Part shown: in pieces, positions 47,815-57,164 of the stretch
Layout of the letters: each line of letters begins with the position of its first letter
How positions within the stretch are numbered: the first letter of the stretch is position 1
From: a bacterium
GTDB taxonomy: Bacteria > Patescibacteriota > Minisyncoccia > Phycocordibacterales > VMGT01
Length of the DNA stretch: 64,000 nt
Reading direction: 5' to 3'
NCBI GenBank assembly: GCA_030697645.1
Contig: JAUYPI010000014.1
Location: 12,136-76,135 of the forward strand
Position numbers and translations under genes: made by a program
The notes under the pieces: model-generated
Databases searched by the model: none
The model's input: the letters and a program-made list of their open reading frames with translations, nothing else
Told to the model about the DNA's origin: nothing

Positions 47815-48896
47815 CAAAAAAGACGGATGTGCATTCTCACTGGAGCTTGCTCGCAGTTCCGAAAATGTTCTTTCCGGGCCATCTCTACCACGGTGCACGG
47901 GCGCTCGATTTTCTCAGGGTACTCGACGGTGATTTTTTGCTCGTCGCATCAAGGGATGCGTGGGCCACGCACAAGAATATGATCGCTTCCCGTTTTACGA
48001 CCGCCCCGAGCGAAATCTTTTTTGTGGAGAAAGAACCTACCGCTCGGACATACAACGATTTTTCGATGAAGCTTGCCGATAAAAATTATGCGTCTGTTGT
48101 TGGCGTCGGCGGAGGTTCCACCATGGACGTGGCAAAAACCGCGCATATCCATAAAGAAAATCTGCAGGTTATTTTAATTCCCACGACGGCAGGAAGCGGG
48201 TCGGAAGTAAGCCGGTATTCCTTATTCGTCAACGAAAAAGGCGAGAAAGAGCCACTGGTGTCCCCGGCGCTGCTTCCGGATGTGATTTTGTATGATCCCG
48301 TACTGCTGACTTCTCTTTCGCCCGAACTCACCGCCTGCACTACCATTGACGCATATGCCCACGCATTAGAAGGCCTGACTTCGAGACTGGCGCATCCAAT
48401 TTCAGACCTGTTTGCAAGAGAGGCCCTCTCGCTCATCTTAAAATATGCGCCGCAGGCATGCCGCAATCCCGAAAATCTTGAAGCACGGACGTATTTACAA
48501 ACCGCTGGGTTTCTCTCAGGACTGGTACAGAGCAGCGCGTCGGTCGGGCTCGCGCATGGCATGGCAGATTTTTTCGGTCCTCGCTTCGCTCTTGGGCATG
48601 GCCGGGCTATTGCACTGTTTCTTCTGCCGGTCATCCGGCTCAATCTCAAAAGAAACAGCGAGTACTATAAAAAAATTCAAGAAACAAGGGATATTTTAGA
48701 ATGCACACGGAAGCTCTACGGGGAATGCGGTCTGGACACTGATGTGCGGGAGGCGCTGAAAGAAGCGCGGGTATCTTTAGAGGAAGTATCACGTTTTATA
48801 AAAAAAGACCCAGCGGTAAAAACGCATCAATTCATGCCGAGCGACGCGGAGCTCGAAGAGATTATGCGGTCCTGCGGTATCACCTGTGTCAGATAA
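47811..48896 (+). CDS. Iron-containing alcohol dehydrogenase
   Basis: GGGS.MD.AK, IPTTAGSGSE, DA..HA.E, H..A...HG. Confidence 0.9.
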   Translation: MTKKTDVHSHWSLLAVPKMFFPGHLYHGARALDFLRVLDGDFLLVASRDAWATHKNMIASRFTTAPSEIFFVEKEPTARTYNDFSMKLADKNYASVVGVGGGSTMDVAKTAHIHKENLQVILIPTTAGSGSEVSRYSLFVNEKGEKEPLVSPALLPDVILYDPVLLTSLSPELTACTTIDAYAHALEGLTSRLAHPISDLFAREALSLILKYAPQACRNPENLEARTYLQTAGFLSGLVQSSASVGLAHGMADFFGPRFALGHGRAIALFLLPVIRLNLKRNSEYYKKIQETRDILECTRKLYGECGLDTDVREALKEARVSLEEVSRFIKKDPAVKTHQFMPSDAELEEIMRSCGITCVR

Positions 48897-49983
48897 TATC
48901 GAAAAACTGCTTGCCGAACCGGCTTTCATGCCGTATGAAGAAAAGGCGCTCCTTTTTTTGGCGGCCATGCGCGACTCGGTTTTGTTCCATAAAAAAAATT
49001 GCGTTTTTTATGCTACGTTCTTGAGCGCGAATGCTTTTGACGGTCGCGTGGACAATCTCGCCGATATTCCGCCGCTCCCCATTGGCATCTTTAAGAAACG
49101 GACGTTGCTCTCCGTTCCGCAAAGCGACATCGTAAAAATGACCCATTCGAGCGCCACAACGAGCGGCACGCCGAGCTCTATTTCCATTGATCGAGTTACC
49201 CGAGAGCGGCAGAGAACGGCGCTTTCTAAAATCATGTCTTCGCTTCTCGGTGGGGAGCGCAGGCCGTTTGTTATCTTTGACAGTCGCTCCGTTGTAGAGT
49301 CAACGGCAGAGGAACTTTCTTCCCGCGCTACCACGATCCGCGGGCTGCTCGCTTTTTCGTCTGGTTTCTTTTGCCTGCTTGATAGCGAACTTCAGTTACG
49401 CGCGTCTGTACTGCAAGAGGCACTGAAAAAAATGGACGGGCGGTCTCCGGTATTTTTTGGCGTCACCACAATACTCTATGAAATTTTCCAAAAATATAAA
49501 CACGATCGGGACGTACGCGCCCTGCTAAAAGAATTTCCACATCCGACCGTACTTTTTAGCGGCGGGTGGAAAAAGTTGGCGAGCATGAATATCGACCACG
49601 AGTCGTTCAAAAAAGGCCTTGCCGAATTTTTTTCTGTTGCGAGGAACGACCTTATTGATTTTTACGGCATGATAGAGCAGCCGGGGGTGATTTATCCTGA
49701 ATGTGCATACGGCTACAAGCATGTGCCCGCGTATGCAGAGGTTATTATTCGTGATCTAAGAAGCATGCGGCCTCTCGGCGCGAGCCAGGAGGGGATGATC
49801 GAGGTTCTCTCGCCCCTTGCCCATAGCTACCCGGGCATCGCCCTGCTTACCGATGACATCGGGAGCCTCGGAGGAAATGACGGCTGCACATGCGGACGGC
49901 GGGGACAATTTTTTTCTTTCGTGCGCAGAGCTCCTGAAGCGGAAACCAAAGGATGTGCCGACGCTCTAGAGCTGCCGCCATAA
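48886..49983 (+). CDS. LuxE-like acyl-protein synthetase
   Basis: SS.T.SG.PS, GGWK, DFYGM.E, HSYPG..LLT.D.G, C.CGR.G..F, E.KGC. Confidence 0.88.
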   Translation: MSDNIEKLLAEPAFMPYEEKALLFLAAMRDSVLFHKKNCVFYATFLSANAFDGRVDNLADIPPLPIGIFKKRTLLSVPQSDIVKMTHSSATTSGTPSSISIDRVTRERQRTALSKIMSSLLGGERRPFVIFDSRSVVESTAEELSSRATTIRGLLAFSSGFFCLLDSELQLRASVLQEALKKMDGRSPVFFGVTTILYEIFQKYKHDRDVRALLKEFPHPTVLFSGGWKKLASMNIDHESFKKGLAEFFSVARNDLIDFYGMIEQPGVIYPECAYGYKHVPAYAEVIIRDLRSMRPLGASQEGMIEVLSPLAHSYPGIALLTDDIGSLGGNDGCTCGRRGQFFSFVRRAPEAETKGCADALELPP

Positions 49984-49987
49984 ACGT

Positions 49988-51271
49988 ATGCGAATACAAA
50001 GCCTGTTTTTCGAGGGCAAAAAAGAGCATACCGAGCGCGAGCTTGCCGATGTGGTGCGAGCGCTTGAAGATTCGCGCGCTGCCCTGCACAATATTCCGGT
50101 TGATGAGATTCTTGATTTTTTTGGCGTCCTTAGCGCGCGAATCGCCCGATTATCTCATCCGGCGCAAAAAACCGGAGGCAATTTTGGAGACTTGGTGCAT
50201 TTTCTTAAAAAAGAAAACTTGGGAAAAAACCTAGACCTTGCTCTGAGGGGAAAACGTGCGTACCTCGACGGTTTTATACAGCCGGAGGGGTTTGATTTTT
50301 TCCTGCACGCCCAACCTAGGGGACTCGTGGTCGAGTGGCTTGCCGGCAATATCCCGCTGCTCGGCATATATTCCCTGGCGCAGGTGACGGCCACCAAGAA
50401 CGTTTTGCTCACGAAAGCGCCCAAGAAAAATTACGAGATTTTGCTTGACATGCTCGAGATAGCGGCTGACGCGGCGCGGGGGCATAAAGGATGGGAGCGT
50501 ATCATCAATTCGGTAAGTGTTATAGGTGTCCCAAAAAACGACAGAGCTGCCCACGAGGAACTTTCCCGTTTTGCCGATGTCCGTATACTGTGGGGTGGTG
50601 AAGAGAGCGTCAAAGCGATTTTGTCTCTTTCTAAAAATTTTTGGACTGAAGATATCGTATACGGCCCGAAGTACTCGTATGCTCTGATCAGCAAAGCGGT
50701 TCCTCAAGACCGCATGAGAACTATAGCCAGCGCCCTCGCCGTTGACGTGGCAAATTTTGATCAGTACGCCTGTTCTTCTCCCCACGTTGTTTTTATTGAA
50801 GCGGGTGGAGTAGCGACGCCTGAGGTATTCGGTCAGATACTTGCAAAGGAGCTCGAAAGGACAACACGGCTCCTCCTCCCCAAGGGAGAGATGGATGCGG
50901 AAACGGTTATGCAGATATTGACTCTGCGCGCAGAGTATGCCTCACGGGGAGAGGTTATTATTCCTCAAGGAAACGCTACCGACTGGACAGTCATTATAAC
51001 GAACGAGGAAGGTTTTTCGCCCATCGTCGGTTCCCGCACTATTTTTATAAAACCAATAAAAAGCATCTCTGATCTGGCGTCACTAAACAGTCACAAAATT
51101 CAGACTATCGGCTTTGTGGGCGCTCCTGAAGAAGATTTGCAAAAAATAGATGACCTAACATTGAAGGGCGGTGACCGTCTCCCGCAATTGGGGAATATGA
51201 GCTTTTTCGCTTCTCCCTGGGACGGACTCTTCGCCATGGATCGGCTGGTGCGCTGGGTCCGCTATCACTAA
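49988..51271 (+). CDS. LuxC-like acyl-CoA reductase
   Basis: PRG.......GN.P, WGG, GPKYS, FDQ.ACSSP, WDG....RLVRW. Confidence 0.88.
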   Translation: MRIQSLFFEGKKEHTERELADVVRALEDSRAALHNIPVDEILDFFGVLSARIARLSHPAQKTGGNFGDLVHFLKKENLGKNLDLALRGKRAYLDGFIQPEGFDFFLHAQPRGLVVEWLAGNIPLLGIYSLAQVTATKNVLLTKAPKKNYEILLDMLEIAADAARGHKGWERIINSVSVIGVPKNDRAAHEELSRFADVRILWGGEESVKAILSLSKNFWTEDIVYGPKYSYALISKAVPQDRMRTIASALAVDVANFDQYACSSPHVVFIEAGGVATPEVFGQILAKELERTTRLLLPKGEMDAETVMQILTLRAEYASRGEVIIPQGNATDWTVIITNEEGFSPIVGSRTIFIKPIKSISDLASLNSHKIQTIGFVGAPEEDLQKIDDLTLKGGDRLPQLGNMSFFASPWDGLFAMDRLVRWVRYH

Positions 51272-51272
51272 A

Positions 51273-52421
51273 ATGCTCGCAGAAAATTTTACAACCCGGT
51301 ATCTTACCGAGCATGACCGCGGCGCTCTCACGGGCTTTATGAAGCGCGCCTACGGCGACCACTACATTCTTACGGACGAAAAATTTTTCGAGTGGTACAC
51401 GCACCCTCCGCGAGTAAGTGACGAAAAAAGTTCGCTGCCGATCATCGGGACATTTTGGAAAAATGCGCTGGTCGGGCACATATTTGTCATCCCACATTAC
51501 TTCAGCAACAGAACGGGGGCGAAGCTGCCCATGGTGTGGAATTCAAATTTTATGATCAGCGCCGAGTTGCAACAAAAAGGGATCGGTCCGGCGATTGTGC
51601 GCCATCTACTCGCCGATGAGTCAATTTTTATTTCCGCAGGCACCGGTGCGAGCCTGCAGCACAAGGGCGGCAGGAGTCTCCTTGAAGCCATGGGCTACAA
51701 TTTCGGCTTTATGAATAAATATGTTTTTGTGTTCGACGAAGTCGCGCTCAAAATCTTCAAAGAAGTACGGCCGGGAGATACAGAAAAAATCAAAGAAGGA
51801 TTGAGCCGATTTCAGCACTTCAAAGGCGAGACGGTAGACACGATGAAGCCATCGGTGTTTGACCAAACGATGACCGATTTTTGGGAAAAAAACATGGCGA
51901 AAAAATTTTACGGCGCATGGCGCGACGCCGATTTTTTCAACTGGAGATATGGTGCCCATCCGCATTTTACCTATACGCCGCTCGTCATTGCGGACGAGAA
52001 ACATGAAATCAGGGGGCTCGCGGTATGGAGAATTGCCGAGATCGCTCCTTCACAGAAGCGCGTGGGAAGGGTGGTTGAATTTCTTCCCGACGACGGGTTT
52101 GCCGAAGCTCTGGCTTTTGCTCTCCTCGGCGAATTACAAGAGGCGGGCGCGCTTATGGCAGATTTTTTTATGACAACAAACCTCTTTGACCACGCCCTGA
52201 CTCGCCTCGGTTTTATATCCTCCCGAGATTTTACCGAGCGGGTCCCACGGCTACTGGACCCTCTCAGTTTCTCCGACCCTTTTGTCAATATCGTCTCCAA
52301 AAATATACGCGCCATTGATCCTGAGAATGGTTTTAATTCTTTTTCCAATTGGTATGCCACGAGCGCCGACGGTGACCAGGACCGCCCTAATACCATTACA
52401 AATTTAAATACGAGCCCATGA
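51273..52421 (+). CDS. GNAT-fold protein (putative acyltransferase)
   Basis: F.W.Y, QQKGIG acyl-CoA motif, RD..FFNWRY..HP. Confidence 0.6.
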   Translation: MLAENFTTRYLTEHDRGALTGFMKRAYGDHYILTDEKFFEWYTHPPRVSDEKSSLPIIGTFWKNALVGHIFVIPHYFSNRTGAKLPMVWNSNFMISAELQQKGIGPAIVRHLLADESIFISAGTGASLQHKGGRSLLEAMGYNFGFMNKYVFVFDEVALKIFKEVRPGDTEKIKEGLSRFQHFKGETVDTMKPSVFDQTMTDFWEKNMAKKFYGAWRDADFFNWRYGAHPHFTYTPLVIADEKHEIRGLAVWRIAEIAPSQKRVGRVVEFLPDDGFAEALAFALLGELQEAGALMADFFMTTNLFDHALTRLGFISSRDFTERVPRLLDPLSFSDPFVNIVSKNIRAIDPENGFNSFSNWYATSADGDQDRPNTITNLNTSP

Positions 52422-53383
52422 CCGATGCATCAATCATCATCGTCTATCACTACATACAAAGAAAGGAGGAGCGGCCGAGAATGAAAGGCATGCTCGTGGA
52501 TGATTTTGAACGACACGTCAAACTTTTATTAGAAAGCGGGTATCGCATCGTGACGTTACATGAGTACCTCGAGGCGACAAAGGATTTAACCACTCTCCCG
52601 CCGTCGAAAATGGCCGTGCTGAGTTTTGACGACGGCCTCAAGGTTCATATCGAAAATGTAATGCCTCTGTTTCAAAAATATGGACTAAAAGGGAGCTTTT
52701 TTGTGATCACTCGCCCCTTGACTGATCGCTGGCTTGCTCCGGTCCACAAAAACCACCTACTTCTTGCTGCGTCGGTAGAAGAAGACTCCTTGTTTTCTGT
52801 TGCTGATTTGATTACCGAAGCCACGCGTTGGCTCGTTAAAAACAGCGGGGTTGCGGCTCCTCTAAACACCGAGGACCTGATCAAAAAATATGCAGCGATG
52901 TCTCCCTGGGACGACCAGACGACTGCATATTATAAATATCTGCTCAATGTTTTTGTTTCCGAACCTGTGCGCTCGTTACTTATTGACCACTTGTTTCGCG
53001 CGTTCTACGGCGAACTATCGGCGTGGGTTAGCAAATTTTATTTAGACAAAGAGGACATACAGCAGATGCAGCGCGCCGGTATGGAAATCGGCTCTCACTC
53101 ACATACACACCAATTTTTGTCTTCGCTTTCCGAAGAAGCGCAGCGCGAGGAAATCGTTCGCTCTAAAATAATACTTGAGGAAATTTTGGGGGAGATGAGT
53201 ACGTCATTTTCGTACCCGTACGGTTTAGGCGGAGCATACGATCAAGTTGCGATGGATATTGCAAAAACGTGCGGCTTCCGTGCAGCCCTGACATGCGAGA
53301 AAGGCTACGCCGCCGCGTCTCCGAGCCTACTCGCCATTAACCGGATTGACGCCAATGACATGCAGAAATATCTGATTACATGA
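52418..53383 (+). CDS. Polysaccharide deacetylase (NodB homology)
   Basis: YH, LSFDDG, EIGSHSHTH, FSYPYG. Confidence 0.88.
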   Translation: MTDASIIIVYHYIQRKEERPRMKGMLVDDFERHVKLLLESGYRIVTLHEYLEATKDLTTLPPSKMAVLSFDDGLKVHIENVMPLFQKYGLKGSFFVITRPLTDRWLAPVHKNHLLLAASVEEDSLFSVADLITEATRWLVKNSGVAAPLNTEDLIKKYAAMSPWDDQTTAYYKYLLNVFVSEPVRSLLIDHLFRAFYGELSAWVSKFYLDKEDIQQMQRAGMEIGSHSHTHQFLSSLSEEAQREEIVRSKIILEEILGEMSTSFSYPYGLGGAYDQVAMDIAKTCGFRAALTCEKGYAAASPSLLAINRIDANDMQKYLIT

Positions 53384-53425
53384 AACCCGCCGGTTTGTCC
53401 GGTGGTTAATGCAATGTAACTTCAC

Positions 53426-54054
53426 ATGGTGTACAAAATGACAAAAACAGAATACGAAGAATATCAAAAGACGAACGGAGATTATGCTATAGCATCTTTG
53501 TTTTTTCTCAACGAACTGAAAAACATAGTGAGGAGTGAAAAACCGAGGAGAATTTTAGAGGTCGGCGTCGGCGTCGGAACAATACCGTACGGCATAAGAG
53601 AATTTCAAAACACGTTCGAGTATGTCGGAACGGAGAATTTTGAACCCTGCATCGAGCGGCTGCGCGAAAACGCTCCCTTTGTCATCCATGAACGGTTCAT
53701 AAAAGAAACGAAGGGGGCGTTTGACCTCATCATCGTTGACGGACAAGATGCAGATACTCATGGACTCCCGCAACGATTGCGCAGGGGGGGGTAATCCTTG
53801 TCGAAAATGATCGGCGAGGCCAAGTCGGGGTGCTTCAGGAAGCATCGAGGAAAAGAACATTCGTATCCTACCGCAAGAGGCCGTTTTCGCTGCATAAAAG
53901 CGCAGGGTATACCATTTTCTATTTTGAACCAAACGCAATGGATTATATGCGGTGGATCACCGGCTCTCTGTGGTACAAGATAAAAACTCATCTGCAATTC
54001 CGGATCAACAGGGCACGGACCTTCGTTAAGTCCGCTCTCAAGTCATATGCATAA
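53426..54054 (+). pseudogene. Class I methyltransferase-like gene frameshifted at a G8 tract
   Basis: ILEVGVGVGT, FDLIIVDG, LRRGG then stop; G9 would read LRRGGVILVEND into the 53791-54054 frame. Confidence 0.8.
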
Positions 54055-55402
54055 GGACGCCAAAACAATCGTCATTACCAGTTTTCACTCCTTAATTTCG
54101 AGAAATATTCTCTCGACGGATATCTTGAAACTGCTTCTACGAGACGGGGCGCGCCTCGTGATCGTGGTTCCTCGGCATAAAACCGTATATTACGAAAAAA
54201 ATTTCGGCGGACCGAATGTTTGTATTGAAGGCGTCGACGCCAATCAACCAACGCGTTATTTTTTCGGTCTCTTCTTCAAACGCCTGTCCTGGAACATGCT
54301 CGCCACCGAGACCGTCGCCATCAGGCAAACGTACCAACGCGTCGTCAACAAAAAGTGGCTCCAGTACTATCTATTTTTTCTGCCAGCGCGTGTGCTGGCG
54401 CGCTCGTCTCTGCTCGTGCGCTTCGTGCGATTTTTGGATTACCATCTGTCGCCCAAAAATATATTTAAGAAAATTTTTGAGCACTATGCCCCCGATCTCA
54501 TTTTTGCCACTGATATCCAGAACGAAAATGACGTCGCGCTACTGCAGGAAGCAAAAAAACGCTCTGTGCCACGAGCGGCGATGGTCAGATCGTGGGACAA
54601 CCTCAGCCAGTGGGGGATGATCCGGATTGTGCCACTGACACTCATCGTCGCAGATGAGGTTTCAAGACAGGAGGCGCACGCGCTCCACTATATCCCCGAG
54701 AAACGCATCGCGGTTACCGGCGTTCCTCACTACGATCGCTACCGCCGCGGCCCGCAGGAGAGTCGGGAGACATTTCTCGCGTCGCTCGGTCTTGATCCGA
54801 CAAAAAAAGTTGTTCTCCACGCGCCCATCGGCAATTTCTATGTGAACGACGCCGAGATTGACCGCGTGCTCCTCGAGTTACTTGCGGAGACCGGGGAAAA
54901 TATCATCGTGCGCTTTCCGCCACTCGACACGGTGAGTAATATCGAAACTCTCCGTGCACCGAACGTGTATATTAATAAGCCGGGCCTCGCTTTTGGCGCC
55001 AACAGGTTTGCCGACCGAGAAATAACAGCCGCGGATGATACTTTTTTGATGAACGCCCTCTGTCACAGCGACGTGGTAACGACCGGACCCTCTACCATTG
55101 CGCTCGACGCGGCTCTGTTCAATAAACCGATTATTCTGATTCATTTTTACGCCGCGGCAAAAACGCACTGGGACAAACTCTATGGTTACGACTTTACGCA
55201 CATCAAACGATTGGTCCGGAGCGGCGGTGTCCGGGTCGCAGAGAGCGAGGGGGAATTTCGTGATTTATTAAAAATGTATTTACAAAACCCTCACCTCGAT
55301 GAGAGCGAACGAGGCGATATTGTCCGCACCATCTGCGGTCCATCAGATACAAGAGCGTCCGAGAGGGTCGTTCGTGCTCTTAGAGCCCTGTTGGCTTCAT
55401 GA
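54047..55402 (+). CDS. WDNL-motif GT-B/TagF-like protein, paralog 4
   Basis: SFH.LISRNIL, TDIQNE.DV, VRSWDNL, TGVPHYD, GPSTIALDAALFNKP; closest to paralog 3. Confidence 0.7.
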   Translation: MHKDAKTIVITSFHSLISRNILSTDILKLLLRDGARLVIVVPRHKTVYYEKNFGGPNVCIEGVDANQPTRYFFGLFFKRLSWNMLATETVAIRQTYQRVVNKKWLQYYLFFLPARVLARSSLLVRFVRFLDYHLSPKNIFKKIFEHYAPDLIFATDIQNENDVALLQEAKKRSVPRAAMVRSWDNLSQWGMIRIVPLTLIVADEVSRQEAHALHYIPEKRIAVTGVPHYDRYRRGPQESRETFLASLGLDPTKKVVLHAPIGNFYVNDAEIDRVLLELLAETGENIIVRFPPLDTVSNIETLRAPNVYINKPGLAFGANRFADREITAADDTFLMNALCHSDVVTTGPSTIALDAALFNKPIILIHFYAAAKTHWDKLYGYDFTHIKRLVRSGGVRVAESEGEFRDLLKMYLQNPHLDESERGDIVRTICGPSDTRASERVVRALRALLAS

Positions 55403-55456
55403 CACGCTCTTTCACCGTCACGCGTCATCCCTTAAAAATAGCCCCACTTGGTCACT

Positions 55457-56236
55457 ATGCTGATTTTTGCACATCGAGGATTAAAGTTGGAGCATCCGGA
55501 AAACACTATGCCGGCGTTTGCCGCGGCGCTCGAGGCGGGATTTGGCATTGAGCTTGACGTGCGGCTCACGAAAGACAGACAGCTTATATGCCTGCACAAT
55601 CCGGACACGGAGCACGTGACTGGCACGAAGCTCACGGTCCGGGAGAGCACGTACGAAGAGCTTTCTCGGTTGGACGTACTGAAACCGGGTGTGAAAATTC
55701 CACGTTTTCCGGACGTGGCAGAGCAAATAATGGCGCGGTTTGGCCCAACACAGAAAGCCGCTATCCATGTGAAGGGCGACGAGCAGGGAGAGCAACAGAT
55801 CCGCATACTGCTCGAGGCTTTCAGGCGTTGCGGCCTGCACGAAAAAGCCCTGCTCTTCGATCTCACATTCGAAACCGCCGAGCGCGTGCGCAAAGCCGAC
55901 CCGTCTGTCGAAATTGCGATCTCGGTCGGCGAGAAGAATTATGCTCCTACCATATACACCTGGGGAGAGGCGCGGCAGCACCTCAATCTCTTCCACACGG
56001 TCTGGTGGGATGAGTGGAAAATACCGGCCAGTGAGTATACTGAGCAGCGCGCCCGGGAAATCCAGAGGGCGGGTAAAAAGATTTACGCGATATCGCCAGA
56101 ACTTCACGCCGATCACGGCCACTCGCACGCTCTCCAGGGCTACGAGAAAGACTGGCGGAATTTCATCACGTGGAAAATTGACGGGGTGTGCACCGCCCAC
56201 CCGCGAGACCTTGACGATCTGCTCGGGTTGCTATAG
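55457..56236 (+). CDS. Glycerophosphodiester phosphodiesterase family protein
   Basis: AHRG...PENT..AF, IELDV.LTKD, IDGVCT. Confidence 0.85.
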   Translation: MLIFAHRGLKLEHPENTMPAFAAALEAGFGIELDVRLTKDRQLICLHNPDTEHVTGTKLTVRESTYEELSRLDVLKPGVKIPRFPDVAEQIMARFGPTQKAAIHVKGDEQGEQQIRILLEAFRRCGLHEKALLFDLTFETAERVRKADPSVEIAISVGEKNYAPTIYTWGEARQHLNLFHTVWWDEWKIPASEYTEQRAREIQRAGKKIYAISPELHADHGHSHALQGYEKDWRNFITWKIDGVCTAHPRDLDDLLGLL

Positions 56237-56276
56237 CGTAAATCTAGTGATTTCGCAGGGCTATGCCTTGACAAGG

Positions 56277-56300
56277 CAGCGAGCACACTCGCTGTTTTTT
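56277..56300 (+). terminator. Rho-independent terminator ending the plus-strand operon
   Basis: CAGCGAG-CACA-CTCGCTG-TTTTTT. Confidence 0.75.
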
Positions 56301-56341
56301 GGTTCGTACTTTCGGACAATCATAAAGAAAAGGAGTGTCTC

Positions 56342-56983
56342 ATGGCAAACGGAACGGATCCGGTGCTTGAGAAAATTAAGGGTCTGAAAGAAGCCGGTGC
56401 GGCGGCGGTGCAGGCGGGAAACGTGGGAACATTCAGTGGGTTTCCGCCAGCGCTTGCGCAACGCATGAATGTTTCCTTTCTCGGCGACTTCACCAACGAC
56501 CAGCTATTGACGGCAATAGCGAAGTCGGCTGAGTCCCATGGGATTGACGTTATCCTTGCTGGCCTTGACTTCCCGCTCCATGCCACTGTGCTTGAAGCTG
56601 ATTGGAACGAAAATCTTGGCGACTGGTGCGAAATTTGCTCATTCATGTCGCAAGAAATTTCCCTTGTTGCTGACGGTTATCGTCACCACAAGGACTTGCT
56701 GTTTCAACATGTAATCCTCGATGGAGAAGGCAACTGCCTTTTGATGGCGGATAGCATTCCGACATGGCTCATCGGGTTGAGGATGGACCTCGCCACCGTA
56801 TACAAGGCCTACAACCTGCAGGTTCGCCGGATGGACGACATCTTGCACGCAACACTCTGTAGGATTCGCAGTTATGATGGTGGGGATCTCTCCGCGTTTT
56901 GCTGTGGGATTGAGAAGCTCGAAGGCGAAACGTTATTTCAATGTCGACGTGTCCGCATCGGTTCGGCGCTAGATTTGCTATAA
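56342..56983 (+). CDS. Hypothetical protein
   Basis: 213-aa ORF with AAGGAG RBS; no family recognised. Confidence 0.55.
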   Translation: MANGTDPVLEKIKGLKEAGAAAVQAGNVGTFSGFPPALAQRMNVSFLGDFTNDQLLTAIAKSAESHGIDVILAGLDFPLHATVLEADWNENLGDWCEICSFMSQEISLVADGYRHHKDLLFQHVILDGEGNCLLMADSIPTWLIGLRMDLATVYKAYNLQVRRMDDILHATLCRIRSYDGGDLSAFCCGIEKLEGETLFQCRRVRIGSALDLL

Positions 56984-57010
56984 AAAGGAGCAAACAATAA
57001 ATTTGATGTT

Positions 57011-57039
57011 GGGCCCCACAGCCATGCGCTGTGGGGTTC
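57011..57039. terminator. Hairpin between convergent genes
   Basis: CCCCACAGC-CATGC-GCTGTGGGG. Confidence 0.5.
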
Positions 57040-57164
57040 TACATTGTAAACGACCCTACCGGAGGGCAGGGCATTCCTGTCGGCACTCCGCGGTCTTCCA
57101 TAACCACAAGCGAGGAAAAATAGAGACTTATATAAAGTATTTCGTGCACTTTTTGCCTAATCGT

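Noticed and set aside
48886-51271. Bioluminescence (lux) operon
   Set aside because: No luxA, luxB or luxD in the window; the context matches glycan acyl-group synthesis.
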